A DNA stretch of 64,000 nucleotides from Klebsiella pneumoniae (GCA_945882675.1 CAMCWU010000001.1:763-64762); one strand, 5' to 3'. Numbered from the stretch's first letter, positions 53,836-62,790 are shown. A program made the numbers and translations. Notes: generated by a model from the sequence alone, not told the origin.

Positions 53836-54489
53836 TCAGGACCCCTGCCAGAGCAGGCGCGCCGCGTTCTCACCGGGGTCGCTCGGGTCGAAGAACACCC
53901 AGGCCATTCCGCCCTTCGTGATGTCGAACGCCACGATCTCCGTGGTGAGCTGCATGGCGAGGCGCATGGGCTGGCCCGTCGGGGACTGCGGCGCGTCTTC
54001 TCCGTGGACCCAGACCGGCGCCCCGGCGACCTTGTCGTAGCGCAGGGTGTCCCAGATCTCCCGGGTGGTCTGCCCGCGCTCCTTGCCGATCCGGAACAGC
54101 TCGCGCTCGTCTACCGTCGGATCGAGGCCGAGCCGGACGCGTCGGTACACGCGGACCGTGGGCGGCCCGTCGTACAGGTTGTCGTCGAGCTCGCGGTGCA
54201 GGAGCACGCGGTTCGCGCCCTTCCACGGGTCCCAGTCCTCGCATCCGCCGCCGGTCGCGTGGCAGATGAAGATGCTCATCCGCTTGTTCGGACCGAGGTC
54301 GAGCCACGGTCCCGTGTCCACCTGCGCCATATGGCACATGGGGGCCTTGCACACCGTGCAACGCGGCCACAGGTGCGCGCGGATGCCGCGAGGGTGGCCT
54401 CCGTAGTTCACGATGACGGTCCCGCCGTCCGGCCCCACCGGGACGAGCCGGCGGGAGAGGAGGGCGTCGGTGCGGGGCTCGGAGCTCAT
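53836..54489 (-). CDS. YwqG/DUF1963-like protein, 217 aa
   Basis: Contains WPRCTVCKAPMCHMAQVD...MSIFICH...GGCEDWDPW... and later APVWVHGED...MRLAMQL. The pattern resembles DUF1963, a call from memory. GAGAGGAA SD lies 10 nt upstream. Confidence 0.7.
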   Translation of the reverse strand: MSSEPRTDALLSRRLVPVGPDGGTVIVNYGGHPRGIRAHLWPRCTVCKAPMCHMAQVDTGPWLDLGPNKRMSIFICHATGGGCEDWDPWKGANRVLLHRELDDNLYDGPPTVRVYRRVRLGLDPTVDERELFRIGKERGQTTREIWDTLRYDKVAGAPVWVHGEDAPQSPTGQPMRLAMQLTTEIVAFDITKGGMAWVFFDPSDPGENAARLLWQGS

Positions 54490-54528
54490 CGGTCGGGCGT
54501 TCCTCTCGGCGGAGTGTACACCGGTTGA

Positions 54529-56814
54529 TCAGGCCTGGGCTGCGGCGGCCGCGGCCGCGGCCTTCGAGCGGATCAGGTTGAGGGCGGACCCCGCCTTGAA
54601 CCACTCGATCTGCTCGGCGTTGAAGGTGTGCGCGAGCGGGATGCTCTCGACGGTGCCGTCGGCGTGGGTCAGATCGAGCGTGACCCGCGAGCCGGGGGCC
54701 AGCGTCGCGGCGCCGCGGAGCGCGAACCGGTCGTCCTCGCGGACCTTCTCGTAGTCCGCGGGGTCCACGAACGTGAGCGGCAGGAGCCCCTGCTTCTTGA
54801 GGTTCGTCTCGTGGATGCGGGCGAACGACCGGACGATGATGGCGCGCGCGCCCATCAGGCGGGGCTCCATGGCGGCGTGCTCGCGGCTGCTACCCTCCCC
54901 GTAGTTCTGGTCGCCGACGACGATCCAGCCCTGGCTGGCCGCGCGGTAGCGCTTCGCGAGATCCGGGAAGGAGAGCCCATTCTCGCCGGTCAGCCGGTCC
55001 GTGCCCGTGCTGTCGCCGGTGAACGCGCTCATGGCGGTGAGCAGCAGGTTGCCCGAGATGTTCGTGAGGTGGCCGCGGTACTTGAGCCACGGGCCGGCCG
55101 CCGAGATGTGGTCGGTCGTGCACTTGCCCTTCGCCTTCACGAGAAGGACGAGATCCGACGGATCCTTACCCTCGAACGCCGGGAACGGCGTGAGCCGCTC
55201 GAGCCGTTTGCTGTCCGGCGCGACGACCACGTCCACCGCGTGCCGCTCGGCGAGGGGGGGCGGCGCGACGAACCCGCTCATGCCGGCCTGGAAGCCGTCC
55301 TTCGGCAGCTCGTCGCCCGTGGGCGGCGCGAAGCGGAACGGCCCGCTCGGCGTGTCGATCGCGTCCGTCAGCGGGTTGAAGTCGAGGCGGCCCGCGAACG
55401 ACAGCGCGACCACGATCTCCGGCGAGGAGATGAACGCGTAGGTCGCGGGGTTCGAGTCGTTGCGCGCCTTGAAGTTACGGTTGAAGCTCGTGATGATCGA
55501 GTTCTTCTGGCCCTTTACGATGTCGTCGCGCTTCCACTGGCCGATGCACGGGCCGCATGCGTTCGAGAGCACGACGGCGCCGACCGACTCGAGCGCCGCC
55601 ATCTGGCCGTCGCGCTTGATCGTCTCGTAGATCCGCTCCGAGCCCGGGCTCACCATGAGGGGCACGCGCGCCTTGAGGCCCGCCTTCGCCGCCTGCGCCG
55701 CGAGGTTCGCCGCGCGCGACATATCCTCGTACGAGGAGTTCGTGCACGACCCGATGAGCGTGCTCGTGAGCTCGATCGGGTAGTCGTTATTCCGCGCGTC
55801 TTCGCCCAGGCGGCCGATCGGGCGCGCGAGGTCCGGCGTGAACGGGCCAACGACGTGGGGCTCGAGGGTGTCGAGGTCGATCTCGATGACGCGGTCGTAG
55901 TACGTCTCCGGGTTCGCGTAGGCCTCCGGGTCCGCGCGGAGCATGGCCCGGTGGGCGTCCGCGAGGTCCGCCGCGTTCCCGCGCCCGGTGATCCGCAGGT
56001 AGCGGGCCATGTTCTCGTCGTACGGGAAGATCGACGTGGTGGCGCCGAGCTCCGCGCCCATATTCGTGATCGTCGCCTTGGCGGTGCAGCTCAGCGTGTC
56101 CGCGCCCGGCCCGAAGTACTCGACGATCGCGTTCGTCCCGCCTTCCACCGTGAGGATGTCGAGGACCTTGAGGATCACGTCCTTGCCGGCGGTCCAGCCG
56201 TTGAGAGAGCCCGTGAGCTTCACGCCGATGACGCGGGGGCACAGGAGCTCCCACGGCATGCCGACCATCACGTCCACCGCGTCCGCGCCGCCGACGCCGA
56301 TCGCCACCATGCCGAGGCCGCCCGCGTTGGGCGTGTGGCTGTCCGTGCCGATCATGAGACCGCCGGGGAAAGCGTAGTTCTCGAGCACGACCTGGTGGAT
56401 GATGCCCGAGCCCGGCTTCCAGAAGCCCATGCCGTACCGCTGGCCCGCGGTGCGGAGGAACGTGTAGACCTCTCCGTTCTCGTGGTTCGCCGTGGCGAGA
56501 TCGGCGTCCGCGCCCTTGTGCGCCTGGATCAGGTGGTCGCAGTGGATCGTGGTCGGAACAGCCACTTCGTCCCGGCCGGCGAGCATGAACTGGAGGATCG
56601 CCATCTGCGCCGTGGCGTCCTGCAGCGCGACGCGGTCCGGCGCCAGGTACAGGTACGAGCGGCCGCGCTCCCACTCCTGGTTCTCCGGGTCGACCAGGTG
56701 CGCCCACAGGACCTTCTCGGCTAGCGTGAGCGGGCGCCCCAGGCGCTCGCGCGCGAGCGCATGGCGGGCTTCGAAGTTGGCGTACAGCCGCTGGGTCGCC
56801 GCGATGTCGAACAT
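54529..56814 (-). CDS. acn: Aconitate hydratase, mitochondrial-type (about 760 aa form)
   Basis: ATG at 56814 (MFDIAATQRLYANFEARHALARERLGRPLTLAEKVLWAHL). Contains DRVALQDATAQMA, GTDSHTPNAGGLG, GSCTNSSYED, NACGPCIGQW and SFNRNFKARND. The track extension to 57129 is unsupported. Confidence 0.9.
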   Translation of the reverse strand: MFDIAATQRLYANFEARHALARERLGRPLTLAEKVLWAHLVDPENQEWERGRSYLYLAPDRVALQDATAQMAILQFMLAGRDEVAVPTTIHCDHLIQAHKGADADLATANHENGEVYTFLRTAGQRYGMGFWKPGSGIIHQVVLENYAFPGGLMIGTDSHTPNAGGLGMVAIGVGGADAVDVMVGMPWELLCPRVIGVKLTGSLNGWTAGKDVILKVLDILTVEGGTNAIVEYFGPGADTLSCTAKATITNMGAELGATTSIFPYDENMARYLRITGRGNAADLADAHRAMLRADPEAYANPETYYDRVIEIDLDTLEPHVVGPFTPDLARPIGRLGEDARNNDYPIELTSTLIGSCTNSSYEDMSRAANLAAQAAKAGLKARVPLMVSPGSERIYETIKRDGQMAALESVGAVVLSNACGPCIGQWKRDDIVKGQKNSIITSFNRNFKARNDSNPATYAFISSPEIVVALSFAGRLDFNPLTDAIDTPSGPFRFAPPTGDELPKDGFQAGMSGFVAPPPLAERHAVDVVVAPDSKRLERLTPFPAFEGKDPSDLVLLVKAKGKCTTDHISAAGPWLKYRGHLTNISGNLLLTAMSAFTGDSTGTDRLTGENGLSFPDLAKRYRAASQGWIVVGDQNYGEGSSREHAAMEPRLMGARAIIVRSFARIHETNLKKQGLLPLTFVDPADYEKVREDDRFALRGAATLAPGSRVTLDLTHADGTVESIPLAHTFNAEQIEWFKAGSALNLIRSKAAAAAAAAQA

Positions 56815-56887
56815 GGACCGTCCTCCCGGATGCACCGCATCTATGGCGCCGGGGCGGTGGCCGCCACGCGGGGACGAGGACGCGGAC

Positions 56888-56906
56888 CGTTTCCTCCGAG
56901 GAAACG
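56888..56906. repeat. 19-bp near-perfect palindrome CGTTTCCTC-c-GAGGAAACG upstream of aconitase
   Basis: 9-bp arms read directly. It lies 74-92 nt upstream of the acn ATG and about 40 nt after the upstream lipoprotein stop. No U-tract. Confidence 0.3.
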
Positions 56907-56947
56907 TTCGAGCAGCAGCACGGGCGCGCACACCCCATCTGCAGAGG

Positions 56948-57388
56948 CTACTCGTCGAGCGAAACGTCCGTGATCTCGGCGATGCCGTCCGGGTCCATGG
57001 CCTCCGGGTCGACGGCGTTGAACAGGAAGCTGTTGACGGGGTGCTCCCCGTGCTGCTCGCCGAGGTCCGCGACCAGGTAGTATGCGACGGCTGTTCCCCA
57101 ACAATCCTCGACGATGGTAAGGGCGGCATCGATCTCGTAGGTGCCGTCGGCTGCGGTCACGCCCTCTGCGTGGACGGTGCCGGGGGTCCAGTTCCGCTCC
57201 TCGATGATGACGGTGGCGCCGGCGGCGGGCGCGCCGTCGGGCAGCAGGATCCGGCCCATCACGACCGCCGGGTTGTCGTAGGTGACCGCGCCGCACGCGC
57301 CGTCGTTCGTCGGCGGCACGTTCGCGCCGGTGTCCACTTCCTTCCCGCCGCATCCGATCAACGCCAGCACCAACCCGATCCGCCGCAT
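56948..57388 (-). CDS. Small lipoprotein with carboxypeptidase-regulatory-like fold, 146 aa
   Basis: The internal ATG at 57388 follows GGGAGGG. MRRIGLVLALIGCGG lipobox. Contains GRILLPDGAPAAGATVIIEE...VTAADGTYEID. Confidence 0.7.
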   Translation of the reverse strand: MRRIGLVLALIGCGGKEVDTGANVPPTNDGACGAVTYDNPAVVMGRILLPDGAPAAGATVIIEERNWTPGTVHAEGVTAADGTYEIDAALTIVEDCWGTAVAYYLVADLGEQHGEHPVNSFLFNAVDPEAMDPDGIAEITDVSLDE

Positions 57389-57461
57389 CTGCCCTCCCGA
57401 CGCGAGCAGTCTGCCACGGATCGCGTCCGCTCGCCGGGGAAGGTGGGCCGATCGCGCGCCC

Positions 57462-57475
57462 CGCAGTACACTGCG
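57462..57475. promoter_or_regulatory. Inverted repeat CGCAGT-ac-ACTGCG overlapping a -10-like TACACT upstream of gdh
   Basis: 6-bp arms. TACACT (57467-57472) lies about 26 nt upstream of the ATG at 57498, with GAGGA SD in between. Confidence 0.25.
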
Positions 57476-57497
57476 CGCACTCTGAGGACCCGACGCG

Positions 57498-60400
57498 ATG
57501 ACCACCCCTGCGACCGCCTCCCGCCAGCAGATCTCGACCGCCCTCCGCGCCTGGCGGGGTGACCTCCCCGCCGGCGATCTCCCGCTGTTCCGGGCCTTCG
57601 TCGAGGCTGCGCTGGGTCGGCTCCGCGGGTCCTTCCTCTCGGATCACACGGCGCAGGAGGCGCTGCAGCACTTCCAGACGGCGTTCCGGTTCGCCCGCCG
57701 GCGCGCGCCCGATCAGGTCTCCGTCGCGGTCGAGCCCACGGGCCGCGGGGCCGCGATCCTCGTCGCCATGCACGACCAGCCGTTCATCGTCGACACGCTG
57801 CGCCTGTTCCTGCGCGGCCGGGGCGCCGAGCTGCGGGGCGGGTTCAACCTGGTGCTTCCGCTGAAGCGGAACGCAAACGGCGACCTCGTCGGCGTCGGCG
57901 TGGACGGCGAGCCCGAGTCCGTCGGCATCACGTTCACGGAGTCGGATCTCCTCGCGGACGCCGCGACCACGGTGGACGGCCTGCAGCACAACCTCGGCCT
58001 CGCGCGGCGCGTGGTGGACGACTTCGCGGAGACGCGCTCGGTCGTCGCGACGCTCACGGCGCAGGCCCGGGCCGCGGGGGACTCCGCGAGCTCGGAGACG
58101 GCGGACTTCCTCGACTGGCTGTCGGCTGAGAACTTCGTGTTCATGGGGACGCAACACGGCGACCGCAAGCTCGGCTTCCAGAACGCCGGCGCGCCCTGGG
58201 CAGGCGATCCAGGCGGCGAGTGGCCTTCGCCGCATGCGCCCGGCACCGTCCGCGTGCGCAAGAGCGGCGTGGACAGCCCCGTCCATCGCTCGGGCCGCAT
58301 CGACGAGGTCCTCGTGACCGTCCCCGGCCTCGAGCCGCTCTACGTGCGCGGCCTGTTCACGTACCGCGCGATCACCGCTCCGACCCGGGCGATCCCGATC
58401 CTGCGCGGCGTAGCGTCCGAGATCCTCGCCGGCCAGCCGTCGGCGCCGGGATCGTACCGCTTCAAGGGCGTCGCGAACGTCTTCGACATGCTCCCGACTG
58501 AGTTCCTCCTCGCTACGCCGCGCGACACGATCGCCGAGATCGTGGACCGCATCTTCGAGGCCGAGCAGGGCCAGGACGTGTACGTCGGCGTCCACGCCGG
58601 GCTCCCGGGCTCGGCCATCGCGCTGATCGCCATGCCGCACGGCCGGTACAGCGAGGGCCTGCGCCGCCAGATCGAGGAGAGGATCACCACCACGTTGAAC
58701 GCCTCGAGCGCCGACTACGGCGTGTTCGTGAGCCGCTACGACACGGTGCTCGTCCACTACCACCTCCAGGTCCAGGGCGGGCCGCCGCCGGCGGACGCCG
58801 TCCAGCAGCTCACCGCCGCCATTCACGAGCTCGCGACGCCGTGGTCCGAGCGCCTGTGGACCGGCCTCGTCGCCAGCGTGGGAGAGGCCGACGCCGACCG
58901 CCTCGTCGAGAAGTATGGCCGGGCCTTCCAGGACTCCTGGTCGCGGGTGAACTCCGCAGAGCGCACCGTCACGGACGTCCGGCAGTTCGAGGCGCTCGCC
59001 GAGAACGAGGTCTCGGCCGACCTGTACGAGACCGCCCGCGGCAAGATCGTGCTCCGCCTGTACCAGTCGCTCGACGTGTACCTGACGGACATCCTGCCCG
59101 TGCTCGACCACTTCGGCCTCGTCGTCATCGACGCTGCTGCGGCGTCCATCGATACGGCGGGTCGTTCGTACCACGTCGACACGTTCCGCCTGCAGGCGGA
59201 CGAGGCCGTCCTCGACCGGAAGGACCTGCTGACCCAGGGCCTCTCGGCCGTCTTCGGCGGAGAGGTGACGGACGACGCCCTCAACCGCTTGGTGGTCACG
59301 TCCGGCCTCACGTGGCGCGAGGTCGACGTCCTGCGTGGCTACATGCGGTACTGCCGCCAGTTCCAGATCAAGATCGATCCGGCGCGCATGCAGGAGATCC
59401 TGCTCGCGAACCCGATCACCTGCCACGCGCTCTTCGACCTGTTCCAGGCGCGGTTCGACCCGGATCTGAAGGGGGATCGCACGGCCCGCATCGCGGCGGC
59501 GGAGGGCGTCGTCAAGGACGAGCTCAAGCGGATCGTCAGCCACGACGAAGATCTGCTCATGTCGGCGATCTTCCAGCTCATCTCGGCGAGCATCCGCACG
59601 AACTACTATCGGACGGACAGGAAGGCCCAGTACCTGTCGTTCAAGCTCGACTGCAGCAAGGTCAAGCTCATGGGGAGCAACCGCCCCATGTACGAGATCT
59701 GGGTCCACGCGAAGGAGGTGGAGGGCGTCCACCTGCGCTTCGGCATGGTCGCCCGCGGCGGGTTGCGCTGGTCGGACCGCGACGACTTCCGGACGGAGGT
59801 CCTGGGTCTCGTCACCACTCAGCAGACGAAGAATGTCGTCATCGTCCCGACCGGCAGCAAGGGCGGGTTCTTCCTCAAGAAGCCGAGCCGCGACTCCGCG
59901 ACCCGCCGGCGCGAGGCCGATCACTTCTACAAGACGTTCATCCGCGGTCTGCTCGACCTGACGGACAATAGCGTCGGCGGCAAGATCGTCCCGCCGCCGC
60001 GCGTCGTCCGGCACGACGGGGACGACCCGTACCTCGTCGTCGCCGCGGACAAGGGCACGGCGCACCTCTCGGACACGGCCAACGCCATCTCGATCGAGTA
60101 TGGCCACTGGCTGGGAGACGCCTTCGCGTCTGGCGGATCCGTCGGGTACGACCACAAGAAGGTCGGCATCACCGCCCGCGGCGCGTGGGTGCTCGTGAAG
60201 CGCCACTTCGCGGAGATGGGCCGCGACCCGTACACGCAGGACTTCACCTGCATGGGCGTCGGCGACATGGGCGGGGACGTCTTCGGCAACGGGCTCATCG
60301 AGAGCAAGCACACGAAGCTCGTCGCAGCGTTCAACCACATGCACATCTTCCTGGATCCGAACCCGGATCCGGCGAAGACATGGGTGGAGCGCGATCGGCT

Positions 60401-62120
60401 GTTCCGCGCCGTCAAGGGCTGGGACGCCTACGACCAGTCGCTGCTCTCGCCCGGTGGCGGCATCTTCGACCGGAACGCGAAGGCGATCCCGCTCTCGCCG
60501 CAGGTCCAGCAGCTGCTCGGCTTGAACCAGGACTCCGCCGAGCCGGACCTCGTGATGAACCGGATCTTGAAGCTCGACGTCGACCTGTTCTGGAACGGCG
60601 GCATCGGCACGTACGTCAAGGCGTCGACGGAGACGCACGCGGACGCCGACGACAAGAGCAACAACGCGATCCGGATCGACGCCACGGACCTCCGCTCGAA
60701 GGTCGTGGGTGAAGGCGGAAACCTCGGCTTCACGCAGCGGGGCCGGATCGAGGCCGCGCTCGCCGGCGTGCGCATGAACACGGACGCCATCGACAACTCG
60801 GGCGGCGTCGACATGTCGGATCACGAGGTGAACCTCAAGATCCTGCTGGGCCGCGTGGTCGCGTCCGGCCGGATGACGACGGAGGAGCGGAACAAGCTCC
60901 TGGAAGAGATGACGGAGGAGGTCGCGGACCTCGTGCTGAACGACAACGACACGCACGGTCGCCAGCTCTCGCGCGACGTCGCCCGGTCGAAGATCGACAT
61001 CTACCCGTTCGGGCGCGCCATCGCCTTCATCGAGCGCGAGTACGCGCGGGACCGGTCCTCGCTGTTCCTCCCGTCGGACGCCGAGATCGCGCGCAGGGCG
61101 GAGGCCGGCCTCGGCCTGACGCGCCCCGAACTGTCGGTGCTCCAGGCGTGGGTGAAGATGTACGTCCGTCGGGAGCTGCTGAAATCGAACCCGCGCGAGC
61201 TGCCCGGCTACGACGCCCTGCTCACGAGCTACTTCCCGAAGCGGATCCAGGAGATGTTCCCGGACGACGTCCGCAACCACATGCTCGCGAACGAGATCGC
61301 GGTCACCATGGCGCTCACCCGAATCGTGGCCGACGCGGGCGCGGCGTTCATCCCCATCAACATCGACGCGTCCGGGTCGAGCGTCCTCGAGATCGCGGGC
61401 GCGTACCTCAAGGCCCAGCGGCTCGCGCGCATGGCCGACGTCCGGGCGGAGCTCGAGCAGCTCAAGCCGACCGTCGCGCTCCCGAGCCTGAACCGGGCGT
61501 GGGTCCTCGTGGACGCCGGCGCGCGCGAGGTCGTGCGGTACTGGCTGTCCTCCCGCGGGAAGATCCCGACGGACGAGCAGGTCGATCGCATGCAGTCGGC
61601 CGCGGACCAGGTGTACGCGATGCAGGCCGCGGACGTCCGCGCCCGGAACACCAGCGCGCTGGACGAGCTGCGCAAGCTCGGCGTGCCAGAGACCGTCGGG
61701 CGGCGGGTCCTGCAGTCGCAGTACCTCAACGTGGCGCTGATGATCTGGGCGGAGGCGGAGCGCACCGGCGTCCCGTTCGAGCAGATGGTCGTCAAGCACC
61801 TCGCGGTCGCGCGGGCGAGCCGCCTGCAGGAGGTCATCGACTCCCTCGGGTCGCGTGCCGCTTCGGGTCGCTGGGATCCGCTCGCGTACCGGATCCTCGT
61901 GAACCGGTTCTACGGCATGCTCAACACGCTCGTCGCTCGTACGCCGGGGCTCCGGGCTGGCGCGACCGTCGACCAGGCCGAGCCCGAGCTCGCGAGCGGG
62001 TCCCTCGCGGACGTCCGCGCCCAGGTGGACGCGATCCTCGCCGGCGCGTCGAGCCCGAGCGTCAGCACCCTGCTGGTCCTCGAAGAGCGCGTCGAGGGCG
62101 CAGTGGGCCGCCTGAACTAG
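57498..62120 (+). CDS. gdhB: Large NAD-specific glutamate dehydrogenase (about 1540 aa, Bac_GDH type)
   Basis: The size, together with core motifs VPTGSKGGFFLKKP, VVAADKGTAHLSDTAN, GGSVGYDHKKVGITARGAW, GDMGGDVFGNG and NGGIGTYVKAS, fits this type. Confidence 0.9.
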   Translation: MTTPATASRQQISTALRAWRGDLPAGDLPLFRAFVEAALGRLRGSFLSDHTAQEALQHFQTAFRFARRRAPDQVSVAVEPTGRGAAILVAMHDQPFIVDTLRLFLRGRGAELRGGFNLVLPLKRNANGDLVGVGVDGEPESVGITFTESDLLADAATTVDGLQHNLGLARRVVDDFAETRSVVATLTAQARAAGDSASSETADFLDWLSAENFVFMGTQHGDRKLGFQNAGAPWAGDPGGEWPSPHAPGTVRVRKSGVDSPVHRSGRIDEVLVTVPGLEPLYVRGLFTYRAITAPTRAIPILRGVASEILAGQPSAPGSYRFKGVANVFDMLPTEFLLATPRDTIAEIVDRIFEAEQGQDVYVGVHAGLPGSAIALIAMPHGRYSEGLRRQIEERITTTLNASSADYGVFVSRYDTVLVHYHLQVQGGPPPADAVQQLTAAIHELATPWSERLWTGLVASVGEADADRLVEKYGRAFQDSWSRVNSAERTVTDVRQFEALAENEVSADLYETARGKIVLRLYQSLDVYLTDILPVLDHFGLVVIDAAAASIDTAGRSYHVDTFRLQADEAVLDRKDLLTQGLSAVFGGEVTDDALNRLVVTSGLTWREVDVLRGYMRYCRQFQIKIDPARMQEILLANPITCHALFDLFQARFDPDLKGDRTARIAAAEGVVKDELKRIVSHDEDLLMSAIFQLISASIRTNYYRTDRKAQYLSFKLDCSKVKLMGSNRPMYEIWVHAKEVEGVHLRFGMVARGGLRWSDRDDFRTEVLGLVTTQQTKNVVIVPTGSKGGFFLKKPSRDSATRRREADHFYKTFIRGLLDLTDNSVGGKIVPPPRVVRHDGDDPYLVVAADKGTAHLSDTANAISIEYGHWLGDAFASGGSVGYDHKKVGITARGAWVLVKRHFAEMGRDPYTQDFTCMGVGDMGGDVFGNGLIESKHTKLVAAFNHMHIFLDPNPDPAKTWVERDRLFRAVKGWDAYDQSLLSPGGGIFDRNAKAIPLSPQVQQLLGLNQDSAEPDLVMNRILKLDVDLFWNGGIGTYVKASTETHADADDKSNNAIRIDATDLRSKVVGEGGNLGFTQRGRIEAALAGVRMNTDAIDNSGGVDMSDHEVNLKILLGRVVASGRMTTEERNKLLEEMTEEVADLVLNDNDTHGRQLSRDVARSKIDIYPFGRAIAFIEREYARDRSSLFLPSDAEIARRAEAGLGLTRPELSVLQAWVKMYVRRELLKSNPRELPGYDALLTSYFPKRIQEMFPDDVRNHMLANEIAVTMALTRIVADAGAAFIPINIDASGSSVLEIAGAYLKAQRLARMADVRAELEQLKPTVALPSLNRAWVLVDAGAREVVRYWLSSRGKIPTDEQVDRMQSAADQVYAMQAADVRARNTSALDELRKLGVPETVGRRVLQSQYLNVALMIWAEAERTGVPFEQMVVKHLAVARASRLQEVIDSLGSRAASGRWDPLAYRILVNRFYGMLNTLVARTPGLRAGATVDQAEPELASGSLADVRAQVDAILAGASSPSVSTLLVLEERVEGAVGRLN

Positions 62121-62134
62121 CTTTCGGAGGATCC

Positions 62135-62737
62135 ATGCGCTGGTGGTTCGTCCGGCACGGAGAGTCGATCGCCAACCAGGGCGGCTGGATCTCCGGCTGG
62201 CGGGACGTGCCGCTCACGCCGCTCGGCGAACAGCAGGCGCGGATGCTGTCGCCGTGGTTCGCGAACGAGCAGGTGGACCGCCTGCTCGCGAGCGATCTCC
62301 AGCGCGCGTGGCACACGGCGGAGCTGATCCTCCCGGGCCGCACGGCGCTCCGGATCTCTGCGCTGCGCGAGCGGTGCCTCGGGGATGCGGAGGGCCGGAC
62401 GCGCGCTGAGCTCGTCGAGAACGGGGAGATGGCGCGGCTCCTCGGCTGGTCGACGGCGCCGACGGGCGGGGAGTCCCAGCGCGAGCTCGCGGGCCGGGTG
62501 CTCGGCTGGCTCGCGGCCAACGAGATCGACGGCTCCACCCTGATCGTGGCGCACGGCGGGGTCCTCCGCGTGATCGAGGGGATGGCGCTCGGCGTCGCGC
62601 GTGGGAAGATCGGCGTGCGCAACATCGCGAACACGGAGGTCGTGACGTTCGACCTCGAGCCCGGGCGCTGGGCGGAGCTCGCTGCGCTCGCCGCGATCCC
62701 GGGAGAAGACGACGCCGCGCCCGAAGGAACCTGGTAG
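62135..62737 (+). CDS. Histidine phosphatase (phosphoglycerate-mutase-like) family protein, 200 aa
   Basis: ATG at 62135 follows GGAGGA. MRWWFVRHGESIANQGGWISGW carries the RHG motif, and there is a later VAHGGVLR. Confidence 0.85.
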   Translation: MRWWFVRHGESIANQGGWISGWRDVPLTPLGEQQARMLSPWFANEQVDRLLASDLQRAWHTAELILPGRTALRISALRERCLGDAEGRTRAELVENGEMARLLGWSTAPTGGESQRELAGRVLGWLAANEIDGSTLIVAHGGVLRVIEGMALGVARGKIGVRNIANTEVVTFDLEPGRWAELAALAAIPGEDDAAPEGTW

Positions 62738-62757
62738 CGCGGACCGGCCCGTTGGCG

Positions 62758-62766
62758 TGGTAGGAT
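62758..62766 (+). promoter_or_regulatory. Extended -10-like element TGgTAGGAT upstream of the FG-GAP lipoprotein gene
   Basis: Ends 24 nt upstream of the ATG at 62791. GGAG SD lies 8 nt before the ATG. Confidence 0.3.
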
Positions 62767-62790
62767 CTCGGACTCCCCGGAGCCCGCACG

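Noticed and set aside
57401-57416. Sigma54-like motif TGGCAGactgcTCGCG on the minus strand upstream of the lipoprotein gene at 57388
   Set aside because: The GG-N10-GC spacing is right. However, the predicted start site would fall 2-5 nt before the ATG, downstream of the good GGGAGGG ribosome-binding site. The -12 region is also a weak match.
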